NCBI GenBank assembly: GCA_040772485.1
Contig: JAXGYC010000009.1
Location: 482,801-546,800, forward strand
Reading direction: 5' to 3'
DNA from: Sedimentisphaerales bacterium
GTDB taxonomy: Bacteria; Planctomycetota; Phycisphaerae; Sedimentisphaerales; Anaerobacaceae
DNA: 64,000 nt
Under the pieces are notes generated by a model, which saw nothing but the letters and a program-made list of their open reading frames with translations, ran no database searches and was not told the origin of the DNA. Made by a program: the position numbers and the translations under genes. Of the stretch, positions 47,418-57,071 are shown one piece after another. How positions within the stretch are numbered: position 1 is the stretch's first letter; every line of letters begins with the position of its first letter.

Positions 47418-47669
47418 GTGGGTTATCACTGGCATGACCTCGTCGGCAATGCCGGCGTCGCGATGATTATCGGAACGTACCTGCTGCTCCAGATGGGCAA
47501 GGTCCACGCGCAAACGGTGACCTATTCGCTGGCCAACGCCCTCGGCGCCGGCATGGTCATGCTGTCGCTGGTATTCGACTTCAACCTGTCGGCCTTCGTC
47601 GTCGAATGTTTTTGGACGGGCATCAGCATCTTCGATATGATTCCGGCGGTGTGTATCGGCAAACGGTAG
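47418..47669 (+). CDS. CBU_0592-like small membrane protein
   Basis: Three TM segments; G..G...YLLLQ..YSLAN..FNLSAFVVE.FW. Confidence 0.7.
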   Translation: MGYHWHDLVGNAGVAMIIGTYLLLQMGKVHAQTVTYSLANALGAGMVMLSLVFDFNLSAFVVECFWTGISIFDMIPAVCIGKR

Positions 47670-47684
47670 GAGCGACCGCCCTTC

Positions 47685-48188
47685 ATGGCGACGACGGAAA
47701 TAATGAGAGCGACCCCTGAGGACGCTGAGGCGATTCTGGCCTTGCAGAAGTTGGCGTATCAGTGCGAGGCTCAGTTGTACAACGACTACAGTCTTCCGCC
47801 TCTGACCGAGACGCTGGCGGCGCTGCGGCAGGAGTTCGGCCGGTCGGTCTTCCTCAAGGCCACCGGTGACGGCGGAATCTGCGGCGCCGTGCGGGCTCGC
47901 GGCAGCGACGGGACGTGTTTTATCGGGCGATTGATCGTCCATCCCGCCTGGCGCAGGCAAGGGATCGCCACGCGTCTGATGCGCGAGATCGAGAGTTGCT
48001 TTGCCGATGTCGATCGCTATGAGCTGTTCACAGGCAGCAAGAGCCGGGGGAATCTGCGGCTCTACGAAGGGCTTGGCTATCGCGCGTTCAAAGAAGAACA
48101 GCCGGCGCACGGTCCGGGGCTCATGTTTCTGGAGAAACGATGCCGGCCGTCGCAGCCATCGGGGGCGGCAGGTTCTCAGTTGCAGTGA
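47685..48188 (+). CDS. GNAT family N-acetyltransferase
   Basis: IGRLIVHPAWRRQGIA, LFTGSKS..NLRLYE.LGY. Confidence 0.9.
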   Translation: MATTEIMRATPEDAEAILALQKLAYQCEAQLYNDYSLPPLTETLAALRQEFGRSVFLKATGDGGICGAVRARGSDGTCFIGRLIVHPAWRRQGIATRLMREIESCFADVDRYELFTGSKSRGNLRLYEGLGYRAFKEEQPAHGPGLMFLEKRCRPSQPSGAAGSQLQ

Positions 48189-48260
48189 GGAAGCCCGATC
48201 GCATGGGCAGGCCGGACGCCTGCACCGGCATGTTGGGCAGTATGGGAAAGGATGGCCCGT

Positions 48261-48545
48261 ATGGAATACGACTATGACAAAATCGACGAGTGCACGCTGG
48301 CGCTGCTGTACCTCGTGACGTATGACCGGGAAGAAAACCTCGGCGCGCGGGCGTGGAAGAGTTTCGACTGGGAGACGATGAACCGGCTCCACGAGAAGGG
48401 CTTCATCTCCGATCCCAAGGGCAGGGCGAAGTCCGTGGTGTTGAGCGAGGGAGGCTTCCGGAAGGCCGAAGAACTGTTCCATCGTTTCTTCGGCCGGGAA
48501 GATCCCAAGGCCGGGGCAGACCATCCGAGTACGGATGCCGTCTGA
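48261..48545 (+). CDS. DUF6429-like small winged-helix protein
   Basis: KIDE.TLALLYL..RAWKSFDW..MNRLHEKGFI..KSVVL. Confidence 0.75.
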   Translation: MEYDYDKIDECTLALLYLVTYDREENLGARAWKSFDWETMNRLHEKGFISDPKGRAKSVVLSEGGFRKAEELFHRFFGREDPKAGADHPSTDAV

Positions 48546-48561
48546 AGAATCCGGAGGGACC

Positions 48562-49166
48562 ATGCAACAGACGCAGTTGGGCAAGACGGGATGGCCCGTC
48601 GGCGAAGTCGGGCTGGGATGCTGGCAGTTCGGCGGGGATTTCGGGCCGATGGCCGAACAGACCGCGATGCAGATCATGGTCGCGGCGGTCGAGAGGGGCA
48701 CCACGTTCTTCGACACCGCGGATGTCTACGGCGGCGGACGCAGCGAGACGTTGATCGGGCTCAGGCAGGAGGGCAAGATCCGGCACTTCGGCGCCAGCGT
48801 CGAGAGCGTCGAGGAGGCGATGGTCTGCCTGGAGCACGACGACCTCGCCTCGCTTCAGATCATCGGGATGGACAGTGTTTCAACGTGGGCGAGACCTTCG
48901 CGGGTTTGCCCTTCGCCAGGGGCGTCGAGCTGGCCGACGCGATCAAGCCGCTTGTGCCCGAGGGCATGACGATGGCGCAGATGGCGATGCGCTGGATTCT
49001 CGACCACGACGCGGTTTCCGTCATCATCCCCGGCGCCAGCTCGCCCCGGCAGGCGATTGACAACGCGCAGACATCCGACCTGCCTCGCCTCTCGCCCGAG
49101 CTGCACCGGAAACTCTCGGACTTCTACACCGCCGAAGTCCGCGACCACATCCGCGGACCTTATTGA
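48562..49166 (+). pseudogene. Aldo/keto reductase with two internal deletions and a frameshift
   Basis: LGKTG..GLGCW..FFDTADVYGGGRSETLIG joins directly to LRQEGKIRHFGASV; after LQII the C-terminal part (FNVGETF..IPGAS..RGPY) continues in another frame. Confidence 0.85.
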
Positions 49167-49196
49167 ATCTCAGCCCCGGCGTATGGCGCTCTCTTC

Positions 49197-51023
49197 TCAC
49201 CGGTCAGGAAGCGGATCGACTCGTTGGTTGAGCAGTTTGACGATCTCTCTGTGGCCCCGGCGTGCGGCTTCGTTTGCGGGGGTTGCGCCGCCGGCGTCGC
49301 GAACGCTCGGATCGGCGCCGTGCGCCAGGAGCAGTTCAACAATGTCGCGATGGCCTCGCAATGCGGCCTCGTGCAGGGGCGTATTGCCGTCGTCGTCCGC
49401 CGCGCCGATGCTCGCTCTGTGGTCGAGCAGCAATGAAACGATCTCCAGGCTGCCTCCTGCGATCGCCCGGTGCAGTGCCGTATCCCCATTTCCGTCTCTC
49501 GCGTCGACATCGGCGCCGTGAGCCAGAACCAGCCTGACCAGGTCCTCATCGCCCGTCCGGCAGGCTCGCTGGAGCAGCGTGTCCCCCGTCGCATCGCGCA
49601 CGTTCACGTTCGCTCCGTTTTCGATCAGGAATGCGATGGTTTCCTTGACCGGCGCGGAAGGCAAGACCAGAGGTTCCCAGGTCTGTCCCTCATAGATCTC
49701 GGGTGCCGGCAAGTATGAACACCCGGAAGAATAGGCGCGAAAGGCCCGCGCCAGCGGCGTGTCACCGTCTTTGCTTATGGCGTCGATGTTTGCTCCGCGA
49801 TCCACGAGCAGTCGGACCAGTGCGATATAACCCCTCTCGGCCGCATCGTGCAGAGCGGTGACGCCACTGCTGCCACAGGCGTTGACGTCGGCGCCCCTGG
49901 CCAACAGAAGCCTCGCAAGATTCTCATCTCCACGATAACAGGCGGTCCGCAAGGGCGGACCACGCTGGCCAGTACCTACGTTCACGTCGGCCCCTTGATC
50001 CAGCAGATACTGCATGAGCTTCTCGTTCTCTCGATCCATGGCCAGGTGTAATACCGTGTGGCCATACTCGGTTTCGGCATTGATGTCGGCGCCACCCTCG
50101 ATCAGGATCTTCACGATTTCGTTATGGTTCCCTTGAGCCGCCGCATGCAGAGGAGTGTAACCCCAGTCTCGCTTGTTGGCATCCACATCCGCGCCCGCGG
50201 CCACAAGGACCCGGGCTACCCCCTCGCTGCCAGAGAAGGCGGCACTGTGTAGAGCGGTATCTCCATGGGCATCGTACGCGTTGAGGTCCGCGCCGTGCGA
50301 TACGAGCAAGGAGGCCATTTCGGCATCGCCGAATTCGGCCGCCAGGTGCAGTCCGGTCCGGTCCTGGGAAACACGTGCGTTGATGTCCTCGCCGCCGCGC
50401 TCAATGGCGGCCTTCAGTCGGACGCGATCGTGCAGGTATGCCGCGACGGGAGCGGAGGTCTGTGCTCCTGCTTCGACCAGAACTCGCACGGTCTTGCGTC
50501 GATTCTCCTGTATTGCCAGGATCACCGGACGGGCCGTGATTGGGTCGCCTCCGTCGGGGTCGGCGCCTTTGGCGATGAGTGCATGAACCAGCCTTGCGCT
50601 GTGATGTCGCGCGGCGAAATGCAGTGCCGTATACAGCGGTTCGTACCGGACCGGCGCTGCCACGTTAACGTCGGCGCCCCATTCGATCAGGACGATGGCC
50701 ATCAGTTCGTGATCTGCGGCGGCCGCCTCCAGCAGGGCGGTGGCGCCGTTGTCATTCCTGATATCCACCTGGGCGCCGTATGCCAGCAGCAGTTGTGCCG
50801 CGAGCACGCGCCCTTGGCTGGCCGCCTCGTGCAAAGGTGTGTTTCCCGAGGCGTCTCTGGCGTTGACGTCGAGGCCGCCCGAGAGCAGGCGGTGAAGCTG
50901 TTCGAGATGGCCCGCCGAGGCAGCGTGGTGCAGGGCATTCTCCGTCCGCCTTGGTCTCTTCTTGCAGCCTCCGGGAAGGACCATCAAAGCCAGGATGAGG
51001 AAAGCCAACTGCCGCCGTCCCAT
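49197..51023 (-). CDS. Ankyrin repeat lipoprotein
   Basis: More than 12 G.T(P/A)LH.AA..G...LL..GAD.N repeats; signal peptide with PGGC. Confidence 0.92.
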   Translation of the reverse strand: MGRRQLAFLILALMVLPGGCKKRPRRTENALHHAASAGHLEQLHRLLSGGLDVNARDASGNTPLHEAASQGRVLAAQLLLAYGAQVDIRNDNGATALLEAAAADHELMAIVLIEWGADVNVAAPVRYEPLYTALHFAARHHSARLVHALIAKGADPDGGDPITARPVILAIQENRRKTVRVLVEAGAQTSAPVAAYLHDRVRLKAAIERGGEDINARVSQDRTGLHLAAEFGDAEMASLLVSHGADLNAYDAHGDTALHSAAFSGSEGVARVLVAAGADVDANKRDWGYTPLHAAAQGNHNEIVKILIEGGADINAETEYGHTVLHLAMDRENEKLMQYLLDQGADVNVGTGQRGPPLRTACYRGDENLARLLLARGADVNACGSSGVTALHDAAERGYIALVRLLVDRGANIDAISKDGDTPLARAFRAYSSGCSYLPAPEIYEGQTWEPLVLPSAPVKETIAFLIENGANVNVRDATGDTLLQRACRTGDEDLVRLVLAHGADVDARDGNGDTALHRAIAGGSLEIVSLLLDHRASIGAADDDGNTPLHEAALRGHRDIVELLLAHGADPSVRDAGGATPANEAARRGHREIVKLLNQRVDPLPDR

Positions 51024-51493
51024 TGTCTGCTCCCAACCGCATCGCGATTTCCAGCCGCACCGGCGGCCAGGTTGAACCTAACCGGTGACAGCCTCCCGCA
51101 CAAGAGGCGTCCCGCCCCCCGGAAGTCACGTCGTTTCGCCTCCCAACGTTCCGAAAAGCCACCGGTTCAGGTTACTGCCAGACCTCGTCGGACGTTGCTG
51201 TGCCGCTATGGCTCAGACGTCTCGTACGTAAAGTCAGGTCTGATAACGTTTTGCCTGTTATCGCCCGAGGCCTGTTTTGGGGCATGCCGGCCAGAGCGAC
51301 AGCCCCGCCAGCGGCGTTGCATGCCCTTTTCGCCCTTGTCGGGCGTTTTCTGCTTGAGGAAAAACCGTTACGAGTCGATGCAGAAGTGGAACTATACCGT
51401 TAAGGATACGCCGCAAATGGGCAGTCAAACCATTCTTCAACGACGAGGCATTGCGCTGGCCTCGCGTGGAGTCGTTCTTGGGAGGAAGATCTT

Positions 51494-54400
51494 ATGAGCG
51501 GGCCGAAGGCAAGGTTCACGTGGGTCGCGATCGCCGCGTCGGTCTGGATGCTGGGCGTCGCAGCTAGTCCGGCCGGAGCCGTCGAGGATTACTTCACGGT
51601 CGATCTCAACGCCGCCGGACAGGTGGCCGCCGGGCAGGGAACCGGACACGAACGCGGGTCCTGGTACTATTACCCCAACACGGAGTGGTGGACTCAGTGG
51701 TTCTTCAACGGCCCGTACATTCCCAAAGGCAAGAAGGTCGTCTCGGTCGGTTTGGACATCGCGATTCTCGACCCGACGTCCTCGGTCGGAAGCTACGTGG
51801 AAGTGTCTTTGAACTGGACGAAGCCCGAGTGGCCGGCCGACGCGGAGGCGCCCCCTTTGCCGCGCGACATCCGCAGCCTCGCTCATGAGAACCAACTGAT
51901 TCAACGCCGCACACTTGTGGCGCGGACGGATGTGCGGGACTCGACGTTCATCAATGCGAACTCCGAGATTTCCGATCATTGTCCGGGATGGATTTCGATC
52001 GACATTCGCGGCCGGAACGTGAGCGTCGAAGGGTTCGTCATCCATGAGTGCGTGCTGAACGAAGACCCCGAGCCTCCGACGGGGGACCGCGATTTCGGCG
52101 ATGCGCCGGAGGGCGCCCTGGCCTATCCGGACACCGGCGTATTAGGAATGTTCCCGACGTGTGTCGGCGTCGGTCCGGCCTCGTGGATCGAGCACGACAG
52201 CCGCTCGCTCTATTTCGGGCCGAAAGTGGATATCGAGGCGGATGGCAACGGCGGACAGTGCCCCAAGTTCACGCCGAACACCTACAACAAGGATGAGGGT
52301 TTCCAGGACGGGGACGCCGGTCTGCGCAAGCCTCGCGCCTACACCATCGCGAAGGTGGGCGGCGAGGAGATCGTCACTCCGCTGGTCTTCACCGGCATCG
52401 AATCCATCACCAATGCCTGCCAACTGGCGATCTGGGGCGCCGAGATCGACATCGAGGTGCACAACGAGCGGACCGATGGACGCAACGCCTACGTGAACGT
52501 CCTGTTCGACTGGAACCACGACGGCCTCTGGCAGGGCGTCTCGCAATGCGCCGAAGGCGCTGTCCCCGAGCACGTGCTCGTGAACTTCCCGGTGCCCGCC
52601 GGGTTCCATGGATATCTCTCCGAGCTGGGACCCGCGAATTTCCGCGTCGGCCCATTGGGCGGATACGTCTGGTCGCGGTTCACGATCAGTGAGACGCCGG
52701 TGGCGGAGGGCTGGAACGGCGATGGGGTCTTCGCCGACGGGGAGACCGAGGACTACCTGCTTCATGTCGAAGAGCCTCTGGTGTTCTGCGACTGGGAGGA
52801 CGGCGACGCGTACAAGATGCACTGGCCGCAGACGCCCGATCTGCAATCGACCGGGCTCGACGTGGCTGCGTCCGCTGCTGCGCTGGCCGACGATTTCCAG
52901 TGCACCCAGGACGGCCCGATCACCGACATTCACTTCTGGGGCTCGTTCCTCGATGACGTCAGGCCTTCGCTGGGCGTCGACAGCCTGCGCTTCACGGTAA
53001 GCATCTACTCCAATCTGCCGGCCGACAACCTGATCGCATGGAGCCGGCCGGGCGAGCTGCTCTGGCGCAAGGATGTCGCGCCCTACACGTATGATGTGCG
53101 GCAGACCGGCAGCAACATCGGCCAGGGCTGGTTCGATCCGGCCAGCAAGCTTTACGAGGACGACAATCACAACTACGTCTACCAGTACAACATCTGCCTC
53201 GACGACGCAGAGGATCTGTTCATCCAGCGACGGGGCGTGATCTACTGGCTGGTCATCGAGGAGGTCCCGCCGCAGAGCAGCAAGTACACGTTCGGATGGA
53301 GCGCGGCCCGGCAGGAACTCCAGTTCCAGGACCGCGCGGTCTGGCAGCACCCGAGCCTCGGATGGCTTCCGATCTCCTATCCTGATACCCATCGGTACGA
53401 GGGCCGAGCGCTCGATCTGGCCTTCGTCATCACAGGCGGTACGGACGAGTGCGCCGGCGACACCGATTTCGGCGACGCCCCTGATCCGACATACCCGACG
53501 CTGCTGCTCAGCGACGGCGCCCGCCACACAGTCGTTGCCGAAATCCACCTTGGCCGGCTCGTCGACGGTGAGTTCGACGGGTTGCCCGACGCCGGCGCCA
53601 CAGGAGACGACTTCCGCTGCTCCGATGACGAGGACGGCGTGATCTTCTCCGATCTGGTCGTCGGCAAGTCCGCGACGGTCGAGGTGACCGCCTCGACGAG
53701 CGGCTCGCTCAATGCCTGGATCGACTGGAACGCCGACGGCGACTGGGACGATGCCGACGAGCACGTGTTCGCCGACGAGCCTCTGGCCCCGGGAAGCAAC
53801 ACGTTGCTGCTCGACGTCCCCGCCAGGGCGATGGCCGGCGAGACGTTTGCCCGGTTCCGCTTCAGTACGATGCGCGGTTTGCGCGTCACAGGCCTGGCTC
53901 CGAACGGCGAGGTGGAGGACTACCTGGTCCGCGTCGAGGACGCGGCCGTTCTGAGCGAGCCTCCGGTTGAGCATTTGAAGTGGTCGCAGCCTCCGCTGGA
54001 GTGGGACCCCACGTCGGATGCGCCGGTCTACTGCGGATGGGACGAGCTATCGTATGCAAGCCGGCCTGTGGATTCGGCCCAAGGCTCGTGGAAGATCGTG
54101 GCCGACGACTTCCGTTGCTTCGGCCAGATGCCGGTGACATCGATTCACTGGTGGGGTTCGTACCAGAACTGGGACGGCGTCGAGACGCCTCGCATCCAGC
54201 CGCAGTCCTGGCGGATCGGATTCTGGAGCAACGTTCCGGCCGATAGTCGTTATGCGTTCAGCCGGCCGGGCGCGCTGCTGTGGCTGGTCAACGTCGACGC
54301 CGATCGCGTCACGCAAGAGCCGGTCGGCACCGATGCGTTCCCGAACAAGCCCTCCGACACCTGCTTTGAGTACCACGTGGACCTCGAAGCGCGCGAGTAC

Positions 54401-56797
54401 TTCTGGCAGGGCAACTACGTCGAGGACCAGACGCAGGACAGCATCTTCTGGGTGAGCATCACGGCGGTCTACACCGGTTCGCCTGAGCCGGATTACGTCT
54501 GGGGCTGGAAGAGCCGCGCGATGCCCTGGATGGATGCGGCGGTCACCTTCAGCTTCCGTACGAACGACCTGCGGCAAGGTATGACCGTCGACTCGGCCAT
54601 CCAGCCCATCGCCAATTCGCTCGTCTGCGAGCGGCTCGACACCTACGACATGGCGTTCGAGCTGGACACGGATCCCGATTTCATCAAGTGGGAGCAGCCC
54701 TTTACGGGGCTTCGCCATTGGAAGCACTATGAGGATGAAGAGTCCCTCGCCGTCCGCGGACCGGTCGCGTCGGACAAGTGGGTGCAGAACCCCGACACGA
54801 CGGGCACCGGGATGGACGTCGACATCACCCGGGACCTTCCCGTGACCTGGGCCGCACAGATCGGCGCCGACGACTTCGAGTGCACGACGACCGGCCCGAT
54901 CACCGGCATCACCCTCTGGGGCGCGTGGTACCATGGCGTGCTGCCCGCCGGCGGCGCCAGCGACGTCACGTTCACGCTGACCATTCGGGAGGATGTTCCC
55001 GCCGGCGCCAGCTCGACCGGCTATAGCATGCCGGGCAAGGTCCTCTGGACGAAGCAGTTTTCAGCCGGCCAGTTCACGGTCGAATCGCTCGACGCCAGGG
55101 CGCAGAGCTTCTACAGCCCGTGCAACCAGGCGTATGAGCCTGCCAGCCACGTGACGGTTTACCGGTACGACTTCCCGATCGACGCGAGGGACGCGCTCGT
55201 ACAGACCGGAACATCGAGCCGGCCTGTGGTGTACTGGCTCAGCGCGCAGGCGTATGTGCTGCAACGAGCCGGCAGTGTCGCGACGCGTTTCGGATGGAAG
55301 GCTTCCGCCGACCATTGGAACGACTCGGCGGTCTGGGTGCAGGCCCAGGAGACTTACAGCGGCACCTGGCAGCAACTGCTCTATCCGAAGGGACACGCGC
55401 TCTCGACGCGGCCGGTCGATCTGGCCTTCGCGATCGAAACGCAGCAGGCCGGCGCCGGCCCGACCTATCGCCGTCTGGTGGCCGATGACTGGCAGTGCAA
55501 CAGCGCCACCTCCGTGACGGGCATCGTCTGGTGGGGCTCCTATATCGGCTATGGCTATCAGCCATGCGAATGCAGTCAGATGACGCCGCCGCGACAGCCC
55601 GACTATTTCCAACTGGCGATCTGGTCCGATGCACCCGACCCGACGCCGAGCGATCCAGTCACGTTCAGCTATCCGGCCGAGAAGATCTGGGAGTACACCG
55701 CCAAAGACTTCGACGAGGTGATGGTCGGCTTCGACAAGCACCCCGAGGCGGGCGAAGCGGGCCGATACGGCTTCGAGCCGGTCTACCGCTACACGCTGCA
55801 ACTGCCGCGCGACGCCTGGTTCGAGCAGAAGAATCCGCGCGAGATCTACTGGCTGAGCATCGCGGCGGTCTACGATGATGCCCGGACCATGGAGTACCCG
55901 TGGGGCTGGACGAACCATCCGTACACCGCCTGGACCCCGTCGGGAGCGCAACTGCTGGCGCACTGGAAGCTCGACGAATCCAAGGGCGCGGTTGCCACCG
56001 ACAGCTCAGGCAACGGCAACGATGGAACGCTCGTGGGCAATCCCCTCTGGCGGCCGGCGGACGGCCAGATCGGCGGCGCGATCGACCTCGACGGCCGCGG
56101 CGCCTACGTTCGCGTCGCCAAGGCCAAAGGGCTGGATTTCGCGCCGGGCTCGTTCTCCGTTTCTGCGTGGGTCAATGCCCGCGAGGTTCGCGGGGGATGG
56201 CAGGCCATCCTCGAATACGACCGCGACAGCACCAGGGGCAATCGTTTCGGGCTGTGGATCGACGCCAACGGCCGCTTCCACTTCCGGGTCGGCATGAACA
56301 CCTGGCAAACGACGCAGAGCCTGGACGCCAACCAGTGGCACCTGCTGACGGCGACGTATGACGCTTCGACGCGCCAGATGAAGCTCTACATCGATGGGGT
56401 TCTCGGCGGGATCGCCACCAATCTCAGCGGCTACGTCGCGCCGACGCAGGCGACGCTCACGATCGGCGTGCGCGGCGACGAGACATCGGAGTTCTTCGAC
56501 GGACTGCTTGACGACATCCGCATCTACGGGACCGTCCTGAGCGCCGACGACGTCCTCGCGATGATCGGCGCCGGACGCAACGGCAGCGTCGTGGCCGGGC
56601 AGGTGAGCCCGACGGCCGCGACCGAGGTTTGGGAATGGACGCCGTTGCACGACCAGACCGGGGCAAGGGAAGACCTGTCCTTCATGCTCTTCACTGATTC
56701 GGGATCCACCTCCGGCGGATCGGCAGCGTCCGACGACGGCAGGGACGGTGAGATCGTCATTCCCGGCGACTGGCCGACGGACGACGACAAGAAGTAA
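51494..56797 (+). CDS. Large secreted multidomain protein (2 GEVED domains, 4 related beta-rich repeats, LamG)
   Basis: Signal peptide; DFGDAP...GE(T/V)EDY x2; KW.QP..ADD(F/W).C..WG..YWL..GW..D(L/M)AF x4; AHWKLDE..DSSGNGNDG..DDIRIY. Confidence 0.85.
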   Translation: MSGPKARFTWVAIAASVWMLGVAASPAGAVEDYFTVDLNAAGQVAAGQGTGHERGSWYYYPNTEWWTQWFFNGPYIPKGKKVVSVGLDIAILDPTSSVGSYVEVSLNWTKPEWPADAEAPPLPRDIRSLAHENQLIQRRTLVARTDVRDSTFINANSEISDHCPGWISIDIRGRNVSVEGFVIHECVLNEDPEPPTGDRDFGDAPEGALAYPDTGVLGMFPTCVGVGPASWIEHDSRSLYFGPKVDIEADGNGGQCPKFTPNTYNKDEGFQDGDAGLRKPRAYTIAKVGGEEIVTPLVFTGIESITNACQLAIWGAEIDIEVHNERTDGRNAYVNVLFDWNHDGLWQGVSQCAEGAVPEHVLVNFPVPAGFHGYLSELGPANFRVGPLGGYVWSRFTISETPVAEGWNGDGVFADGETEDYLLHVEEPLVFCDWEDGDAYKMHWPQTPDLQSTGLDVAASAAALADDFQCTQDGPITDIHFWGSFLDDVRPSLGVDSLRFTVSIYSNLPADNLIAWSRPGELLWRKDVAPYTYDVRQTGSNIGQGWFDPASKLYEDDNHNYVYQYNICLDDAEDLFIQRRGVIYWLVIEEVPPQSSKYTFGWSAARQELQFQDRAVWQHPSLGWLPISYPDTHRYEGRALDLAFVITGGTDECAGDTDFGDAPDPTYPTLLLSDGARHTVVAEIHLGRLVDGEFDGLPDAGATGDDFRCSDDEDGVIFSDLVVGKSATVEVTASTSGSLNAWIDWNADGDWDDADEHVFADEPLAPGSNTLLLDVPARAMAGETFARFRFSTMRGLRVTGLAPNGEVEDYLVRVEDAAVLSEPPVEHLKWSQPPLEWDPTSDAPVYCGWDELSYASRPVDSAQGSWKIVADDFRCFGQMPVTSIHWWGSYQNWDGVETPRIQPQSWRIGFWSNVPADSRYAFSRPGALLWLVNVDADRVTQEPVGTDAFPNKPSDTCFEYHVDLEAREYFWQGNYVEDQTQDSIFWVSITAVYTGSPEPDYVWGWKSRAMPWMDAAVTFSFRTNDLRQGMTVDSAIQPIANSLVCERLDTYDMAFELDTDPDFIKWEQPFTGLRHWKHYEDEESLAVRGPVASDKWVQNPDTTGTGMDVDITRDLPVTWAAQIGADDFECTTTGPITGITLWGAWYHGVLPAGGASDVTFTLTIREDVPAGASSTGYSMPGKVLWTKQFSAGQFTVESLDARAQSFYSPCNQAYEPASHVTVYRYDFPIDARDALVQTGTSSRPVVYWLSAQAYVLQRAGSVATRFGWKASADHWNDSAVWVQAQETYSGTWQQLLYPKGHALSTRPVDLAFAIETQQAGAGPTYRRLVADDWQCNSATSVTGIVWWGSYIGYGYQPCECSQMTPPRQPDYFQLAIWSDAPDPTPSDPVTFSYPAEKIWEYTAKDFDEVMVGFDKHPEAGEAGRYGFEPVYRYTLQLPRDAWFEQKNPREIYWLSIAAVYDDARTMEYPWGWTNHPYTAWTPSGAQLLAHWKLDESKGAVATDSSGNGNDGTLVGNPLWRPADGQIGGAIDLDGRGAYVRVAKAKGLDFAPGSFSVSAWVNAREVRGGWQAILEYDRDSTRGNRFGLWIDANGRFHFRVGMNTWQTTQSLDANQWHLLTATYDASTRQMKLYIDGVLGGIATNLSGYVAPTQATLTIGVRGDETSEFFDGLLDDIRIYGTVLSADDVLAMIGAGRNGSVVAGQVSPTAATEVWEWTPLHDQTGAREDLSFMLFTDSGSTSGGSAASDDGRDGEIVIPGDWPTDDDKK

Positions 56798-56840
56798 GCC
56801 CGCTCGATCCGCCTTTGGCGGATCGATTCTCAACAGCGCA

Positions 56841-56875
56841 AGGGGCGCCGGTTTGAACCACCGGCGTCCCTTTTT
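56841..56875 (+). terminator. Rho-independent terminator
   Basis: AGGGGCGCCGGT..ACCGGCGTCCCTTTTT. Confidence 0.75.
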
Positions 56876-56963
56876 CGTTCGCCCTCACAGATCTCACTCC
56901 TCGAGAACCGGTCGGCTTCGGACGGCGTACAACAGCCGAATCGACAAGTTCATGAGGTGCATC

Positions 56964-57047
56964 ATGGAAGAGTTCAAGACAGACAATTTGCTGCCGATGC
57001 TGTTTTCGGCCTTGGTATGCATCGTTGGGATGTACCTGGCAAGTTGA
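56964..57047 (+). CDS. Candidate 27-aa membrane microprotein
   Basis: RBS GAGGTG; MEEFKTDNLLPMLFSALVCIVGMYLAS; lies in the gap after a terminator. Confidence 0.35.
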   Translation: MEEFKTDNLLPMLFSALVCIVGMYLAS

Positions 57048-57071
57048 GGTGATGGAAGGACCCGCCTTGAG

